Virus record (IMG/VR): IMGVR_UViG_3300028558_000016
Span: 186,001-250,000 of that record
Strand: one strand, 5' to 3'
DNA: 64,000 bases
In this document: piece by piece, positions 37,700 to 46,690 of the stretch
Layout: every line of letters begins with the position of its first letter
Position numbering within the stretch: the stretch's first letter is position 1
Notes under the pieces: generated by a model
The model's input: only the letters and a program-made list of their open reading frames with translations
Told to the model about the DNA's origin: nothing
Databases searched by the model: none
Program-made: the position numbers and the translations under genes

Positions 37700-38010
37700 A
37701 AGGTGAATCATATTGGTTTACCTATTGAGTGCCTGTTACGTGACTTGAGAATTAATAGTTGCGTGGTGTAAGAAAACAGGATAAATGATAAATTCATGCT
37801 TACCGTAGACTGGATGTTGAGTGGTTTACGCAACTATCAACCAGTCGAACACACATGAGTGACCTCGTTCGAAAACATTCAGCTCAATTGAATTTCGCCG
37901 TTAGTGTTTGTCCATTCGTAAAATGGACTGGTGGATCAAGGTAACAACCTAACATGCCCAAGTTTGTCCAAACTTTAAATGGACTGGTGGAGGTGTATGC
38001 AAACGCCCTG
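37700..38010 (+). ncRNA. Unidentified structured non-coding RNA candidate
   Basis: No long ORF; several complementary segments whose pairings cross; two copies of a 30-nt hairpin unit. Confidence 0.55.
37906..37991 (+). repeat. Two copies of GTTTGTCCA-N7-AATGGACTGGTGGA
   Basis: 37906-37935 and 37962-37991, 56-nt period, GTCCA/TGGAC stem conserved. Confidence 0.85.
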
Positions 38011-38012
38011 TG

Positions 38013-38044
38013 GAAAATGGAACTTCGGTTCCATTTTCTGTTTT
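38013..38044 (+). terminator. Rho-independent terminator with UUCG loop
   Basis: gaaaatggaac-ttcg-gttccattttc followed by tgtttt. Confidence 0.8.
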
Positions 38045-38073
38045 GAAACATATCATTAATCCTTTAATATAAA
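38045..38073 (+). promoter_or_regulatory. Putative early/middle promoter GAAACA-N17-TATAAA
   Basis: Motif shared with 21459 and 49929; ends 4 nt before ATG 38078. Confidence 0.5.
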
Positions 38074-38077
38074 AGTC

Positions 38078-38719
38078 ATGCATGAAATCTTAATATCAAA
38101 CGGAAAAATAACAAAGGACGGAAAGAAGATCGAAAGCATTTTTAGAATATTAACAAAGAGTGTTGAATTCCATAAAGATCTTACCGTATACGGATTATTT
38201 AAAGCATTGAAACCTTTTTCAAAGGAAATCAATTTGGCATTTGCATCACAACTCGGTGGATTTGATTTTGATCTTTACATAACAGAAGCAGAAAAGAAAT
38301 CCACCAAGGATGGTCATGGAGACTACATTGATTATTGTGAAGTTCATTGGAACGTGGATTACTCAAAAATAAAGAAGTATGAAGCTTTTTATTTATGGCC
38401 TGATTTCCATGGATGCAAGAAAAGACAAAAGATGGGATATGGATTAGATTTCAGTCCAATCACAACATATAAGGATAAGCCAATCATATTGAATGAAACC
38501 TTAGACATCGGACTCGTTCACATTGTAAATAAAAAAACAACGAGAACCCCAATATTGAACACAAAAAAACATTTCACGTTTTTTGAAGCCATTGGTGGAT
38601 TTTTAAATGACATTTCCTTTTATGGCCCACCTAAAACCAGAGATGAAAAAGGAAAAGAAATAATGGATGACACTGCATCGGAAAGAGCAATATTGATGGA
38701 GAAAAAGAAAAAGAAATAA
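38078..38719 (+). CDS. Hypothetical protein (213 aa)
   Basis: ORF. Confidence 0.7.
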   Translation: MHEILISNGKITKDGKKIESIFRILTKSVEFHKDLTVYGLFKALKPFSKEINLAFASQLGGFDFDLYITEAEKKSTKDGHGDYIDYCEVHWNVDYSKIKKYEAFYLWPDFHGCKKRQKMGYGLDFSPITTYKDKPIILNETLDIGLVHIVNKKTTRTPILNTKKHFTFFEAIGGFLNDISFYGPPKTRDEKGKEIMDDTASERAILMEKKKKK

Positions 38720-38720
38720 A

Positions 38721-38987
38721 ATGGAAAATATAACTGACAACCTGCTATCTGGATTAAGCGATGACTTAACTAAAGAAACGGAGCTTTTCCTTTTAAATAA
38801 CATTGCTGACAAGAATACACAGCAAAAGATTATAGGATTAATAAACAAATCTTTTAACGAAGGAGCTCAAACTGCTCTTGAATTCTACGACAAGGCAAGA
38901 GAAGATTTTCAAAATCAGGCATCATCCTTTCAAAAGGATTTCCACAATAAATTATTCGATGGACAAGATAAGCATGTTTCTGAGTAA
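38721..38987 (+). CDS. Hypothetical protein (88 aa)
   Basis: ORF. Confidence 0.6.
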   Translation: MENITDNLLSGLSDDLTKETELFLLNNIADKNTQQKIIGLINKSFNEGAQTALEFYDKAREDFQNQASSFQKDFHNKLFDGQDKHVSE

Positions 38988-39327
38988 TCTTCCAAGAGTT
39001 TTAAATGACGATGGTGGTTTTGGATCTCCTCCAACTGAACTGGTCATACAAAATTCCATTAAATTCGTTAAGAGTCTTCCAGCATATTATCAAAGAATAT
39101 TAGACCTTGAAGATTGCATAACTGCAACAGGTCATGGAACAGTCACAATCGATTGGTATTATAAGAAACACTTCATCTCAGTTGAGATAGGGAACACATT
39201 AATTGGATGGTTTTCAGACCTTCCCGATGGTATAAATACCTCATCTTCAGGTGTTCCTATAAATGACTCCCCGCCTACTGAAATCATATCAGGTCTTAAT
39301 AAGATCTATTCACGTAAAGAAGTCTAA
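38974..39327 (+). CDS. Hypothetical protein (117 aa)
   Basis: Start MFLSNLPR at 38974. Confidence 0.6.
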   Translation: MFLSNLPRVLNDDGGFGSPPTELVIQNSIKFVKSLPAYYQRILDLEDCITATGHGTVTIDWYYKKHFISVEIGNTLIGWFSDLPDGINTSSSGVPINDSPPTEIISGLNKIYSRKEV

Positions 39328-39391
39328 AACATTTATTTTTTTATTATCATTTTTGTTAGTATTTTTACATCCGTGAAAATACTGAAAGAAA

Positions 39392-39751
39392 ATGAAGAAA
39401 ACACCGCCAAATGAGTTCAGATCTAAGGATCTGCCACTGCCAAATACCGACGAAATGGGAATGCTTGGAATATTTAGAATTCCATTCAATGGCGAGACAT
39501 TCACTGTCGTTATCAATGATGACAGATATGACAAGAAATGGGAACACGTTTCCGTTAGCCTGATGCACAGATGTCCAACCTGGGAAGAAATGTGCCACAT
39601 CAAATCCCTCTTTTTTGAAGAGGAAGAAACTGTAGTTCAATTCCATCCAAAGAAATCACAGTATAAAAACGCTCATCCTTTTTGTTTGCACATGTGGAGA
39701 GACACCACAAAGGAGTATGAGCTTCCACCATCAATATACGTCGCATTATGA
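39392..39751 (+). CDS. Conserved phage hypothetical protein (WEHVSVS...PTWEEMC...CLHMW family)
   Basis: Recognisable widespread phage motif. Confidence 0.7.
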   Translation: MKKTPPNEFRSKDLPLPNTDEMGMLGIFRIPFNGETFTVVINDDRYDKKWEHVSVSLMHRCPTWEEMCHIKSLFFEEEETVVQFHPKKSQYKNAHPFCLHMWRDTTKEYELPPSIYVAL

Positions 39752-40416
39752 GAAGAAAACACATCATCAACACGTTCGCACGTAAAGCGGAAAAGAATTG
39801 GGACACTCTTTATTGGGCTGTCGACATTCACGACACCTGCATAAAAGCAAATTATAAAGCTGGAGACATTCCAACTGAATTTTTTCCAGGTGCAAAAGAA
39901 GCATTAATAAAAATAGCAAGCAGACCAGACTGTTGTCTTATATTATTCACATGTTCTCATCCGCATGAGATTGAAAAATATTTGGACTATTTCAAATCTC
40001 ATGGAGTTAGATTCAAACACGTAAACAAAAATCCAGAAGCTGAGAATACTGCATTTGGTTTCTTTGAACACAAGTTTTATACCAACTTCATACTTGATGA
40101 CAAAGCAGGTTTTGACCCGAAAGAAGATTGGGACATGATATTGAATGCATTGGAAGAAGTTGAATACATGGAAAGCACAACTCCAGAAGAAAGAGCCGCT
40201 CACAAGAAAACAGAAGAACGTCTTCCATACATATTTTCATTTACAGCCACGGCCGGAATTTTATTAGGATGCCTTTTAGGAATATGGACGCATTGGACAC
40301 TTGGTGCTTTATTTTGTATTGCATCATTTGTGTTTAACACAATATATTTTTCCAAAAAAACAGATAGTGCACCTCTTAAATATCACACACCAGCATTTAA
40401 AAATAAATACCGATGA
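39748..40416 (+). CDS. HAD-superfamily hydrolase with C-terminal membrane anchor
   Basis: AVDIHDT, LILFTCS, ILDDKAG; two C-terminal TM segments. Confidence 0.65.
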   Translation: MRRKHIINTFARKAEKNWDTLYWAVDIHDTCIKANYKAGDIPTEFFPGAKEALIKIASRPDCCLILFTCSHPHEIEKYLDYFKSHGVRFKHVNKNPEAENTAFGFFEHKFYTNFILDDKAGFDPKEDWDMILNALEEVEYMESTTPEERAAHKKTEERLPYIFSFTATAGILLGCLLGIWTHWTLGALFCIASFVFNTIYFSKKTDSAPLKYHTPAFKNKYR

Positions 40417-40775
40417 AAACAATAGAAGCAGCAAAAGCTTTATTTGTGTTAGAAGCAATTAAAGCTGGAAACTTTAAACCAGTTTCCTATTTTACTTATC
40501 CAACCGGAACTGTTGGAAGCTCTTACATATTTGAGCAAAACTCTACTCCTGGTTTTCCAAGAGATGAAGAAGAGCAAAAATTATATGTCGCTGTTGAAAA
40601 AGCATTCGACGATGTTTCTTCTAAATTAAACATATCAAAAGATAACAAGACCGCCATCAAGATCTCAATTGAAGGAATTGATGAACCTGTTTATCTTTCA
40701 ACTTATGATTGGCGTCATGCCATTTGTATGGAGATTGCATCCAATAGAGGTGGAAAAGAAATTGAAATAAAATAA
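40413..40775 (+). CDS. Hypothetical protein
   Basis: ORF. Confidence 0.6.
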   Translation: MKTIEAAKALFVLEAIKAGNFKPVSYFTYPTGTVGSSYIFEQNSTPGFPRDEEEQKLYVAVEKAFDDVSSKLNISKDNKTAIKISIEGIDEPVYLSTYDWRHAICMEIASNRGGKEIEIK

Positions 40776-40785
40776 AAAAACCAAA

Positions 40786-41163
40786 ATGAAAAAAGTAGCA
40801 ACAAAAGTCGCAATCCTCGCCATGATAGTCATGATGACAGGATGCGCAAAGACGTGTAACAGAGTAACCGCAAACGGTTCCATAATAGGAGCAACTGACG
40901 GTGATTGGATAGTTGTAACATACAGCGGAAACAACATCACTGATGTATGGAAGATGTCTAACGTGATGGTCCAATCTGAAGATCATAGCGATGGGTGGTT
41001 ATTTGTCGATGATCATGGAAATGCTATTCATGTTGGTGGAAATACAAAAGCCATAAGAGTGAATGATAAGACCGGAGCACAATGGGACAAATACGTTGAA
41101 TATCATTCTGAGTTCTCTAAAGTTGCATACCAACATTATGCAGATTCATTGTTGAAGAAATAA
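40786..41163 (+). CDS. Putative lipoprotein
   Basis: MKK...ILAMIVMMTGC lipobox. Confidence 0.65.
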   Translation: MKKVATKVAILAMIVMMTGCAKTCNRVTANGSIIGATDGDWIVVTYSGNNITDVWKMSNVMVQSEDHSDGWLFVDDHGNAIHVGGNTKAIRVNDKTGAQWDKYVEYHSEFSKVAYQHYADSLLKK

Positions 41164-41363
41164 TGAAAGAAAAAGAAGCATTCATAAAAGCATTGGATGG
41201 TTTATTCCATTATTGGGGTGGAGACACTCCGCCTGAAGTGTATTGGGGTGCTAATGATATGTTGGATTGGTATGAGAAAGAATATTCAGTAAAGTTGAAC
41301 ATTCGCTTCGATGAAGAGAATCATAATTACGATGAAGTAGTTGAAGCAATAAGAAAGAGCTAA
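41163..41363 (+). CDS. Hypothetical protein
   Basis: TAATG-coupled ORF. Confidence 0.6.
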   Translation: MKEKEAFIKALDGLFHYWGGDTPPEVYWGANDMLDWYEKEYSVKLNIRFDEENHNYDEVVEAIRKS

Positions 41364-41647
41364 TGGAAAAGAAAAAGAAAAAGACGTGGGAAGAAGTTGT
41401 CGGCGACCCGTTCAAACAGGTTGAAGAAAGCACGAGCCTTGAATATTTAACTCAGATGAGCAAATTCGTTGGAATGGATATTGAAAACATCAATAACGAT
41501 GTCAATAAGTCAATAGACATACAAGGATGGAAACTCACTGAGGAAGAGTATCAAGCAAAGAAGAAGAAAAGACTTGAATGGTTCAATGAATTTAAAACAA
41601 GGATAGAAAACAGAATAACTAAATTGAAAACAAATGAAAACAGTTAA
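41363..41647 (+). CDS. Hypothetical protein
   Basis: TAATG-coupled ORF. Confidence 0.6.
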   Translation: MEKKKKKTWEEVVGDPFKQVEESTSLEYLTQMSKFVGMDIENINNDVNKSIDIQGWKLTEEEYQAKKKKRLEWFNEFKTRIENRITKLKTNENS

Positions 41648-41816
41648 ATGGATTGTAATCACAATGATCTTAATGGTCATTGCTTACGCAGTAATTCACG
41701 CGGTATTAGTATTTGCATGGATGCTTCAAATTGGAGTTATGGCAATGGCAGTTGTGGCCATCGTCATGTTATATTTCAAAGGAAAAAAATGGTTAAAAGG
41801 CGGTAACCAGAAATAA
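41634..41816 (+). CDS. Small two-TM membrane protein
   Basis: Almost wholly hydrophobic. Confidence 0.6.
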   Translation: MKTVKWIVITMILMVIAYAVIHAVLVFAWMLQIGVMAMAVVAIVMLYFKGKKWLKGGNQK

Positions 41817-41841
41817 TCGCCAACAATAATAAAATAATAAT

Positions 41842-42318
41842 ATGAAAAAAGTAGGTTTACTAATTGCCCTTGTAGCATGTACAATGGGTTCGTTTGCACA
41901 AAAGGATAGCACTAAGTCCAAAGGATTAGACATGTATCTCGGAGGATCACTTTCCACTTCAACCGGAAATAATTTTAATCAGAACTCTTATGCCGGTGTT
42001 GAACTTGGCGTTTGTGCTAAGAACATGATGTTTGGTTATGCAACAGGCCGTGGAAATCTTGATTTCACTTCTGACATGACACAAAACTATTGGGGAGAAT
42101 TAAAAGCTTATGCCTGTTTACCAATTGGTTCGGTTAAAGCATTTATTCTCGGTGGTTGGGGACAATATTACACATCAACACATAGCTTCATTGAATATGG
42201 AATTGGTGCATCATACAGCGTAAAGAAGATTGATCTCTCTGTCACCGTTAGCAATTGGGATGGAGTTGTTTACATCTCTCCTGGATTGTGTTGGAACTTC
42301 CATGTAGGAAAGAAATAA
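41842..42318 (+). CDS. Secreted small outer-membrane beta-barrel-like protein
   Basis: Signal peptide ...GSFAQ; alternating G/aromatic strands ending GLCWNF. Confidence 0.6.
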   Translation: MKKVGLLIALVACTMGSFAQKDSTKSKGLDMYLGGSLSTSTGNNFNQNSYAGVELGVCAKNMMFGYATGRGNLDFTSDMTQNYWGELKAYACLPIGSVKAFILGGWGQYYTSTHSFIEYGIGASYSVKKIDLSVTVSNWDGVVYISPGLCWNFHVGKK

Positions 42319-42322
42319 AATA

Positions 42323-42772
42323 ATGAGCACAAGCAGAGACATAATATTCTTTTCCAAAGATAAGAATCCAACCATTGAAAAAATGCTCAGATTTTCTGAG
42401 AGTCTTTTCGATCCTGGAAAACCTCACACTAAATTCGTGTTTGACAAAAACTTATTCTCTTATTCAAGAGAAGATGTTTGGGTTCCGACCAAAGGTGCGG
42501 ATTTTAAATATTTTGGAATGCACAACGTTCCAGAAAAATTTAAAGGTCTCAAATCATTCATATACATAGGTTCATCAAACACTGTGTACGAGGATAATGG
42601 AAAAAGATATTTTTACAACTATCCATACTTTGCCAAGTTAATGGAACATATCAAAGATGATGACGTAAGCGAGATTTATCTCTTTTGCAAAATCAATGAT
42701 CGTTCTGCAAGACCAGCTTGGATGAAAGAATGGAAAGGTAAATTTTTAAGAACACCAAAATATCTTGACTAA
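42323..42772 (+). CDS. Hypothetical protein
   Basis: ORF. Confidence 0.6.
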   Translation: MSTSRDIIFFSKDKNPTIEKMLRFSESLFDPGKPHTKFVFDKNLFSYSREDVWVPTKGADFKYFGMHNVPEKFKGLKSFIYIGSSNTVYEDNGKRYFYNYPYFAKLMEHIKDDDVSEIYLFCKINDRSARPAWMKEWKGKFLRTPKYLD

Positions 42773-43107
42773 TGACTGAGGAACAAAAACAACAATATGA
42801 TGAGTGGTTCAATTCACGTCCAAAGGTTATACAGGATTTGATTTTAAAATATCCTCACGACAAACAATATAGGATGACGAAGGATGCTCCTTATAGCATC
42901 TCATGTCCTGGAACAAAGGTGAGCATTCATTCTTATATGGAAAATGGCAACATAGGAGTTGTTGTTATGGCTGAAGAGAAGATGGCCGAGGCAAAGCTGC
43001 ATGAGATGGAATTAAGTGCTCAATACGGAAAGAACTACGACAAAATAACAAAACAAAATGTTAAGGTGGAAATAAACCCAATATATTTAGAAGAAATAAA
43101 ACCATGA
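42772..43107 (+). CDS. Hypothetical protein
   Basis: ORF. Confidence 0.6.
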   Translation: MTEEQKQQYDEWFNSRPKVIQDLILKYPHDKQYRMTKDAPYSISCPGTKVSIHSYMENGNIGVVVMAEEKMAEAKLHEMELSAQYGKNYDKITKQNVKVEINPIYLEEIKP

Positions 43108-43373
43108 AAGACGCGATAAAAGCTTTCTTAGAAAGCGACGAACAAAGCATTGAATTGGAATTCAAACCAATCAATGAATATGCTGAGATGCTATCTGAAT
43201 TAGGATTCAATACCAAAGAAAACGGATCTCTCAACTTATGTAATGAAGGAGGAAATGATTGGGATTCTAATGGTTGGCAGGTTGATTTCTGGTGGACCAT
43301 TCACAGAGATGGAAAGAAATATACCTTAGCTGGTTCTTTGTTTTATGGACAAATTAAACTTTCAAAAGGATAG
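43104..43373 (+). CDS. Hypothetical protein
   Basis: ORF. Confidence 0.6.
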   Translation: MKDAIKAFLESDEQSIELEFKPINEYAEMLSELGFNTKENGSLNLCNEGGNDWDSNGWQVDFWWTIHRDGKKYTLAGSLFYGQIKLSKG

Positions 43374-43615
43374 TGTTTTTCCAGATCTACATATTCTTTT
43401 TACAAATACGGAATCTTTTTCCGTATTACACAGGTCCTACACTTATTCGTTGCATTAATAATGAACATTATGGTAAACAAATTTATAAACTTACAGTTGG
43501 AAAAGATTACAAGTCTGAACGTCGCGATAGAATATCCTATTACGTGAAAGACGACGACGGTGTTTTGCAAGAGATAGTAAAGACTAATTTTGTTTTAATA
43601 AAAAAAGTTAAATAA
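43373..43615 (+). CDS. Hypothetical protein
   Basis: ORF with GTG start. Confidence 0.45.
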   Translation: MFFQIYIFFLQIRNLFPYYTGPTLIRCINNEHYGKQIYKLTVGKDYKSERRDRISYYVKDDDGVLQEIVKTNFVLIKKVK

Positions 43616-43621
43616 TTAATT

Positions 43622-44737
43622 ATGTGGTCAGACAGAGACTTAAAAGGTCCATTTTTAAAATATCGTGACATCCTTACAAAGTATGGATGCAGCGATGAAG
43701 ACATTGCTAAACTTCAATCAATGTGGAATGAACCACACAGAGTTTATCACAACCAAGAACATCTTGATGAGATTATCTCATTAATAGAAAATTGGAAATC
43801 TCCAACCATCATTGATGGCAAAATGACTGAGACTGAATTCGATCTATTTATTCTTACTGCAATCTTCCATGATGCGATATATGATCCAAGAGCTAAATCT
43901 GGCGAGAATGAATTAAATTCTGCTGAGTTATTTTTAAAGATGTGTCCAAAAGCAGCTGAGAGCGAATTGAACCCGCAAGGAAATCCATATAAATCCGTTT
44001 CAGATTTCGTATATGGAATGATACTCGATACGAAAGACCACACACAAGAACCTTCATCAACATATTCAAGAGTATTCTTAGAATATGACTTGCATGGCAT
44101 GATTAATGGAAGCTTATCGAGAATGATCTCTGATGAAGCAAAGATAATGCGCGAATATGGTTTCGTCGATTATGAAACTTACCATAATGTTAGAGGAACA
44201 CAATTCTTGGAAAAGTTTGCCCCTCATATAAAGAAGCTAAATCCAAACTCAAAGGTGGAAGAGTATCTTGATTGGTATAAGAACAGAACTCCTAATATAG
44301 CGATATTTGCTGGAAGCTTTTATCCATTTCACAAAGGACACTTGGACATTCTGAAGAGAGCTGAAAGAATATTCGATAAGGTTATTGTGTTATTGTGCGT
44401 TAATCCCGGAAAGAATAACAACAGCGAACATGTTAAAGGATATATCATTAATGAATTAAGAGGAAAGCTTCCTAATAATCAGATTGAATTTTTCGATGGG
44501 ATGTTACATAACTACATAAAGAAATTAAGCTATCCAGTTTCCATAGTTAAAGGATTAAGGAATGCAAGCGATTTTGATTCTGAGAAATTACAATTAAGAT
44601 ATATGGAAGACATGTGCCCTGACATAAATATAGTTTATATTGTGTCTGACAGAAAATATGAACACATTTCTTCTTCTGGCATTAAGCAAATACAAAGCAT
44701 GGGAGCATTAAGTGAAGCTAAAGAATATTTAATATGA
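43622..44737 (+). CDS. coaD: HD-domain phosphohydrolase fused to phosphopantetheine adenylyltransferase (CoaD-like)
   Basis: HRVYHNQEH...AIFHDAIYD; GSFYPFHKGH, KGLRNASDFDSE, ISSSGIKQI. Confidence 0.75.
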   Translation: MWSDRDLKGPFLKYRDILTKYGCSDEDIAKLQSMWNEPHRVYHNQEHLDEIISLIENWKSPTIIDGKMTETEFDLFILTAIFHDAIYDPRAKSGENELNSAELFLKMCPKAAESELNPQGNPYKSVSDFVYGMILDTKDHTQEPSSTYSRVFLEYDLHGMINGSLSRMISDEAKIMREYGFVDYETYHNVRGTQFLEKFAPHIKKLNPNSKVEEYLDWYKNRTPNIAIFAGSFYPFHKGHLDILKRAERIFDKVIVLLCVNPGKNNNSEHVKGYIINELRGKLPNNQIEFFDGMLHNYIKKLSYPVSIVKGLRNASDFDSEKLQLRYMEDMCPDINIVYIVSDRKYEHISSSGIKQIQSMGALSEAKEYLI

Positions 44738-45144
44738 ACAACGCAGAATTCAGAGCATGGGACATACGCAACAAGAAGATGGTGTATGACGCTCTTAAAA
44801 CTTCTCCAACAGGTCAACTTGTAACCGTTAATGAAGAACACTTCAACAGTCCGTTCTCTTTCTTTGATGGTTGTGTTTGGATGCAATACACAACAATGAA
44901 TGACAAAGAGAAAAATAAAATCTTTGACGGAGACGTTATAGAATTGGATAAAGAATGGGCAGAAAGCATTGGAGCATCCAGGACTAAATGCTTGGTTGGT
45001 TTCAAAGATGGTTCATTCATGTTTGCACGAGGAGATGATCCTAATCACATGGATTCTTATTTATGGATCTCAAACAGGCATTGCAAAGTTATCGGTAACA
45101 TTCATGCCAATCCAACAATACTCGAAACTATTTCTTTGTCATGA
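44734..45144 (+). CDS. YopX family protein
   Basis: EFRAWD...WMQYT...DKEKNKIFDGDVI...VIGNIHANP. Confidence 0.85.
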   Translation: MNNAEFRAWDIRNKKMVYDALKTSPTGQLVTVNEEHFNSPFSFFDGCVWMQYTTMNDKEKNKIFDGDVIELDKEWAESIGASRTKCLVGFKDGSFMFARGDDPNHMDSYLWISNRHCKVIGNIHANPTILETISLS

Positions 45145-45521
45145 TTCCGCAAACAGAAAGAAAAAGAATACCACCTCTTCCTCCATCATTGTCAATAGGA
45201 ATTGATGAAGAAGGAATGTATCTTTCTGATGTGCAAGAATTTTACAATAGGCTTTGCAAGAAATATAGAACTTTATCTGTGAAAGCATACTTAGTTCACA
45301 ATGATGAAGAAAGCACCAAACTCACTGGACAAGCATTCAGAAAATTAGATTACAAAGGATTGTACATTGAATGGCCATTCAGAAAGATTTTCTTAAACGC
45401 AAACAACTTTACAATAAGAACTGTTTATCACGAAATATTTCATCATTTGAATCCTAATTTAAGAGATGGTGAAAAATTTGAACGGCTATTAGATAAATTC
45501 ATGATAGAAGAATATCTATAA
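45141..45521 (+). CDS. Small HExxH metallopeptidase-like protein
   Basis: TVYHEIFHH. Confidence 0.5.
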   Translation: MIPQTERKRIPPLPPSLSIGIDEEGMYLSDVQEFYNRLCKKYRTLSVKAYLVHNDEESTKLTGQAFRKLDYKGLYIEWPFRKIFLNANNFTIRTVYHEIFHHLNPNLRDGEKFERLLDKFMIEEYL

Positions 45522-45544
45522 AGTTATTATCTTTCTATTATCAG

Positions 45545-45574
45545 AAGGCATTCGCAAACACGAATGCCTTTTTT
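45545..45574 (+). terminator. Rho-independent terminator
   Basis: aaggcattcg-caaaca-cgaatgcctt followed by tttt. Confidence 0.8.
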
Positions 45575-45632
45575 GTTGAAATAATTCTAAAAAAATTTTG
45601 AAAAAATTATTTTTCTGTTGAAGAAAAAAAAT

Positions 45633-45640
45633 TACATTTG
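45633..45640 (+). promoter_or_regulatory. Bacteroidota -7 element TACATTTG
   Basis: Exact TAnnTTTG after a terminator, upstream of an operon. Confidence 0.55.
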
Positions 45641-45670
45641 TTAAGAAACAATTTTACTGATAAAAAATCT

Positions 45671-45967
45671 ATGTTCGGTCAAGAAGAAAATAAGCAGTTG
45701 ACATTTGGCGGTTATCCGGTTACGTTAAGAGTTGTTGGCGATGATGTCTTAGTAAATTGCAAAAATGTAACAGGTGCTTACTCGCAAGCGAGAGCATTTG
45801 TAAAGAATCAAAGTCCAACAAACATCTATCCGTGGGGAATTAAAACAACGAAGCCAGCTTTTCTTGAATACATCCCTGGAGGCAATGTGAACATCGCATG
45901 TCTTGAAGACACAAAGGCGAAATTCATGGAGCTCTATGATGAATGCGAAAGGTTGCTCGGTAAATAA
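45671..45967 (+). CDS. Hypothetical protein
   Basis: ATG start downstream of the promoter. Confidence 0.6.
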   Translation: MFGQEENKQLTFGGYPVTLRVVGDDVLVNCKNVTGAYSQARAFVKNQSPTNIYPWGIKTTKPAFLEYIPGGNVNIACLEDTKAKFMELYDECERLLGK

Positions 45968-46012
45968 TTCCATTTTAAATCAATAAATAATAACCATAAA
46001 AACAAAAAACAA

Positions 46013-46648
46013 ATGTCAACAACAGGAAAAGGTGCTAAAAAAGGCACATCAAACACAGAATTAATCATCGGCTCAGCAGTTGGTGAATTAAAAAAAGTAA
46101 TTGCTTCAGTAGAATCTGCTACCGAAAAAATCGCAGCCCTTGCAGAAGAAGCTGAAAAACAACAAGGCATCATCGCTCAACGCGAAGACCAAATTAAAGA
46201 ACTTGACGTCACGTTTGCAGAAACAAAACGTCAAAAAGAAGTTCAAATGGCTGTTGAGTTAAAAGAAAACGAAAAGAAAACCGTTGATGGTATTCTTGAA
46301 AAACAAAGCCTTGTTGCAGTGGACAAAGCTTCTTACGCTAAATTCACATCGGATTTGGAAACAATTAAAGCCGATGCTTCAAAAGACGCACAAAAAGAAA
46401 TTCACGCCGCTACCGGTTCGATGAAGAAACAACACGAAAACGAAATTGCTTTAATGAAAGCCGGTTTTGAAAAAGACCAGGCATCAACTACCGCGCAACT
46501 TGCACAAACTGCAGAACAAATCAAGTTCTTACAAGAACAGGTTAACATGTGGAAAGGTGCTCTTGATGCAGAACGTTCTGCAGGTGTTGAACGCGCTAAA
46601 GCAAGTTCAATCGGTACAGTTTCCATCACTGGTGCAGGTAAAAACTAA
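46013..46648 (+). CDS. Long coiled-coil protein
   Basis: A/E/K/Q-rich heptads. Confidence 0.75.
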   Translation: MSTTGKGAKKGTSNTELIIGSAVGELKKVIASVESATEKIAALAEEAEKQQGIIAQREDQIKELDVTFAETKRQKEVQMAVELKENEKKTVDGILEKQSLVAVDKASYAKFTSDLETIKADASKDAQKEIHAATGSMKKQHENEIALMKAGFEKDQASTTAQLAQTAEQIKFLQEQVNMWKGALDAERSAGVERAKASSIGTVSITGAGKN

Positions 46649-46690
46649 AAATCGACAGTAACTTAATATAAACCTAAAAACAAAATCAAA

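Noticed and set aside
37697-37760. Theta (HDV-like) ribozyme at the tmRNA 3' end
   Set aside because: The base after the discriminator is C, not G, and I could not build the P1/P1.1/P3 nested fold
37755-37870. Group I intron (GACUG/CAGUC helix resembles P7)
   Set aside because: Not inside a gene, no recognisable P/Q elements, and helix order does not match P7-P3-P8
37906-37991. CRISPR array
   Set aside because: Only two units, differing in their central 7 nt, one 26-nt spacer and no cas genes in the window; kept as a repeat of unknown role
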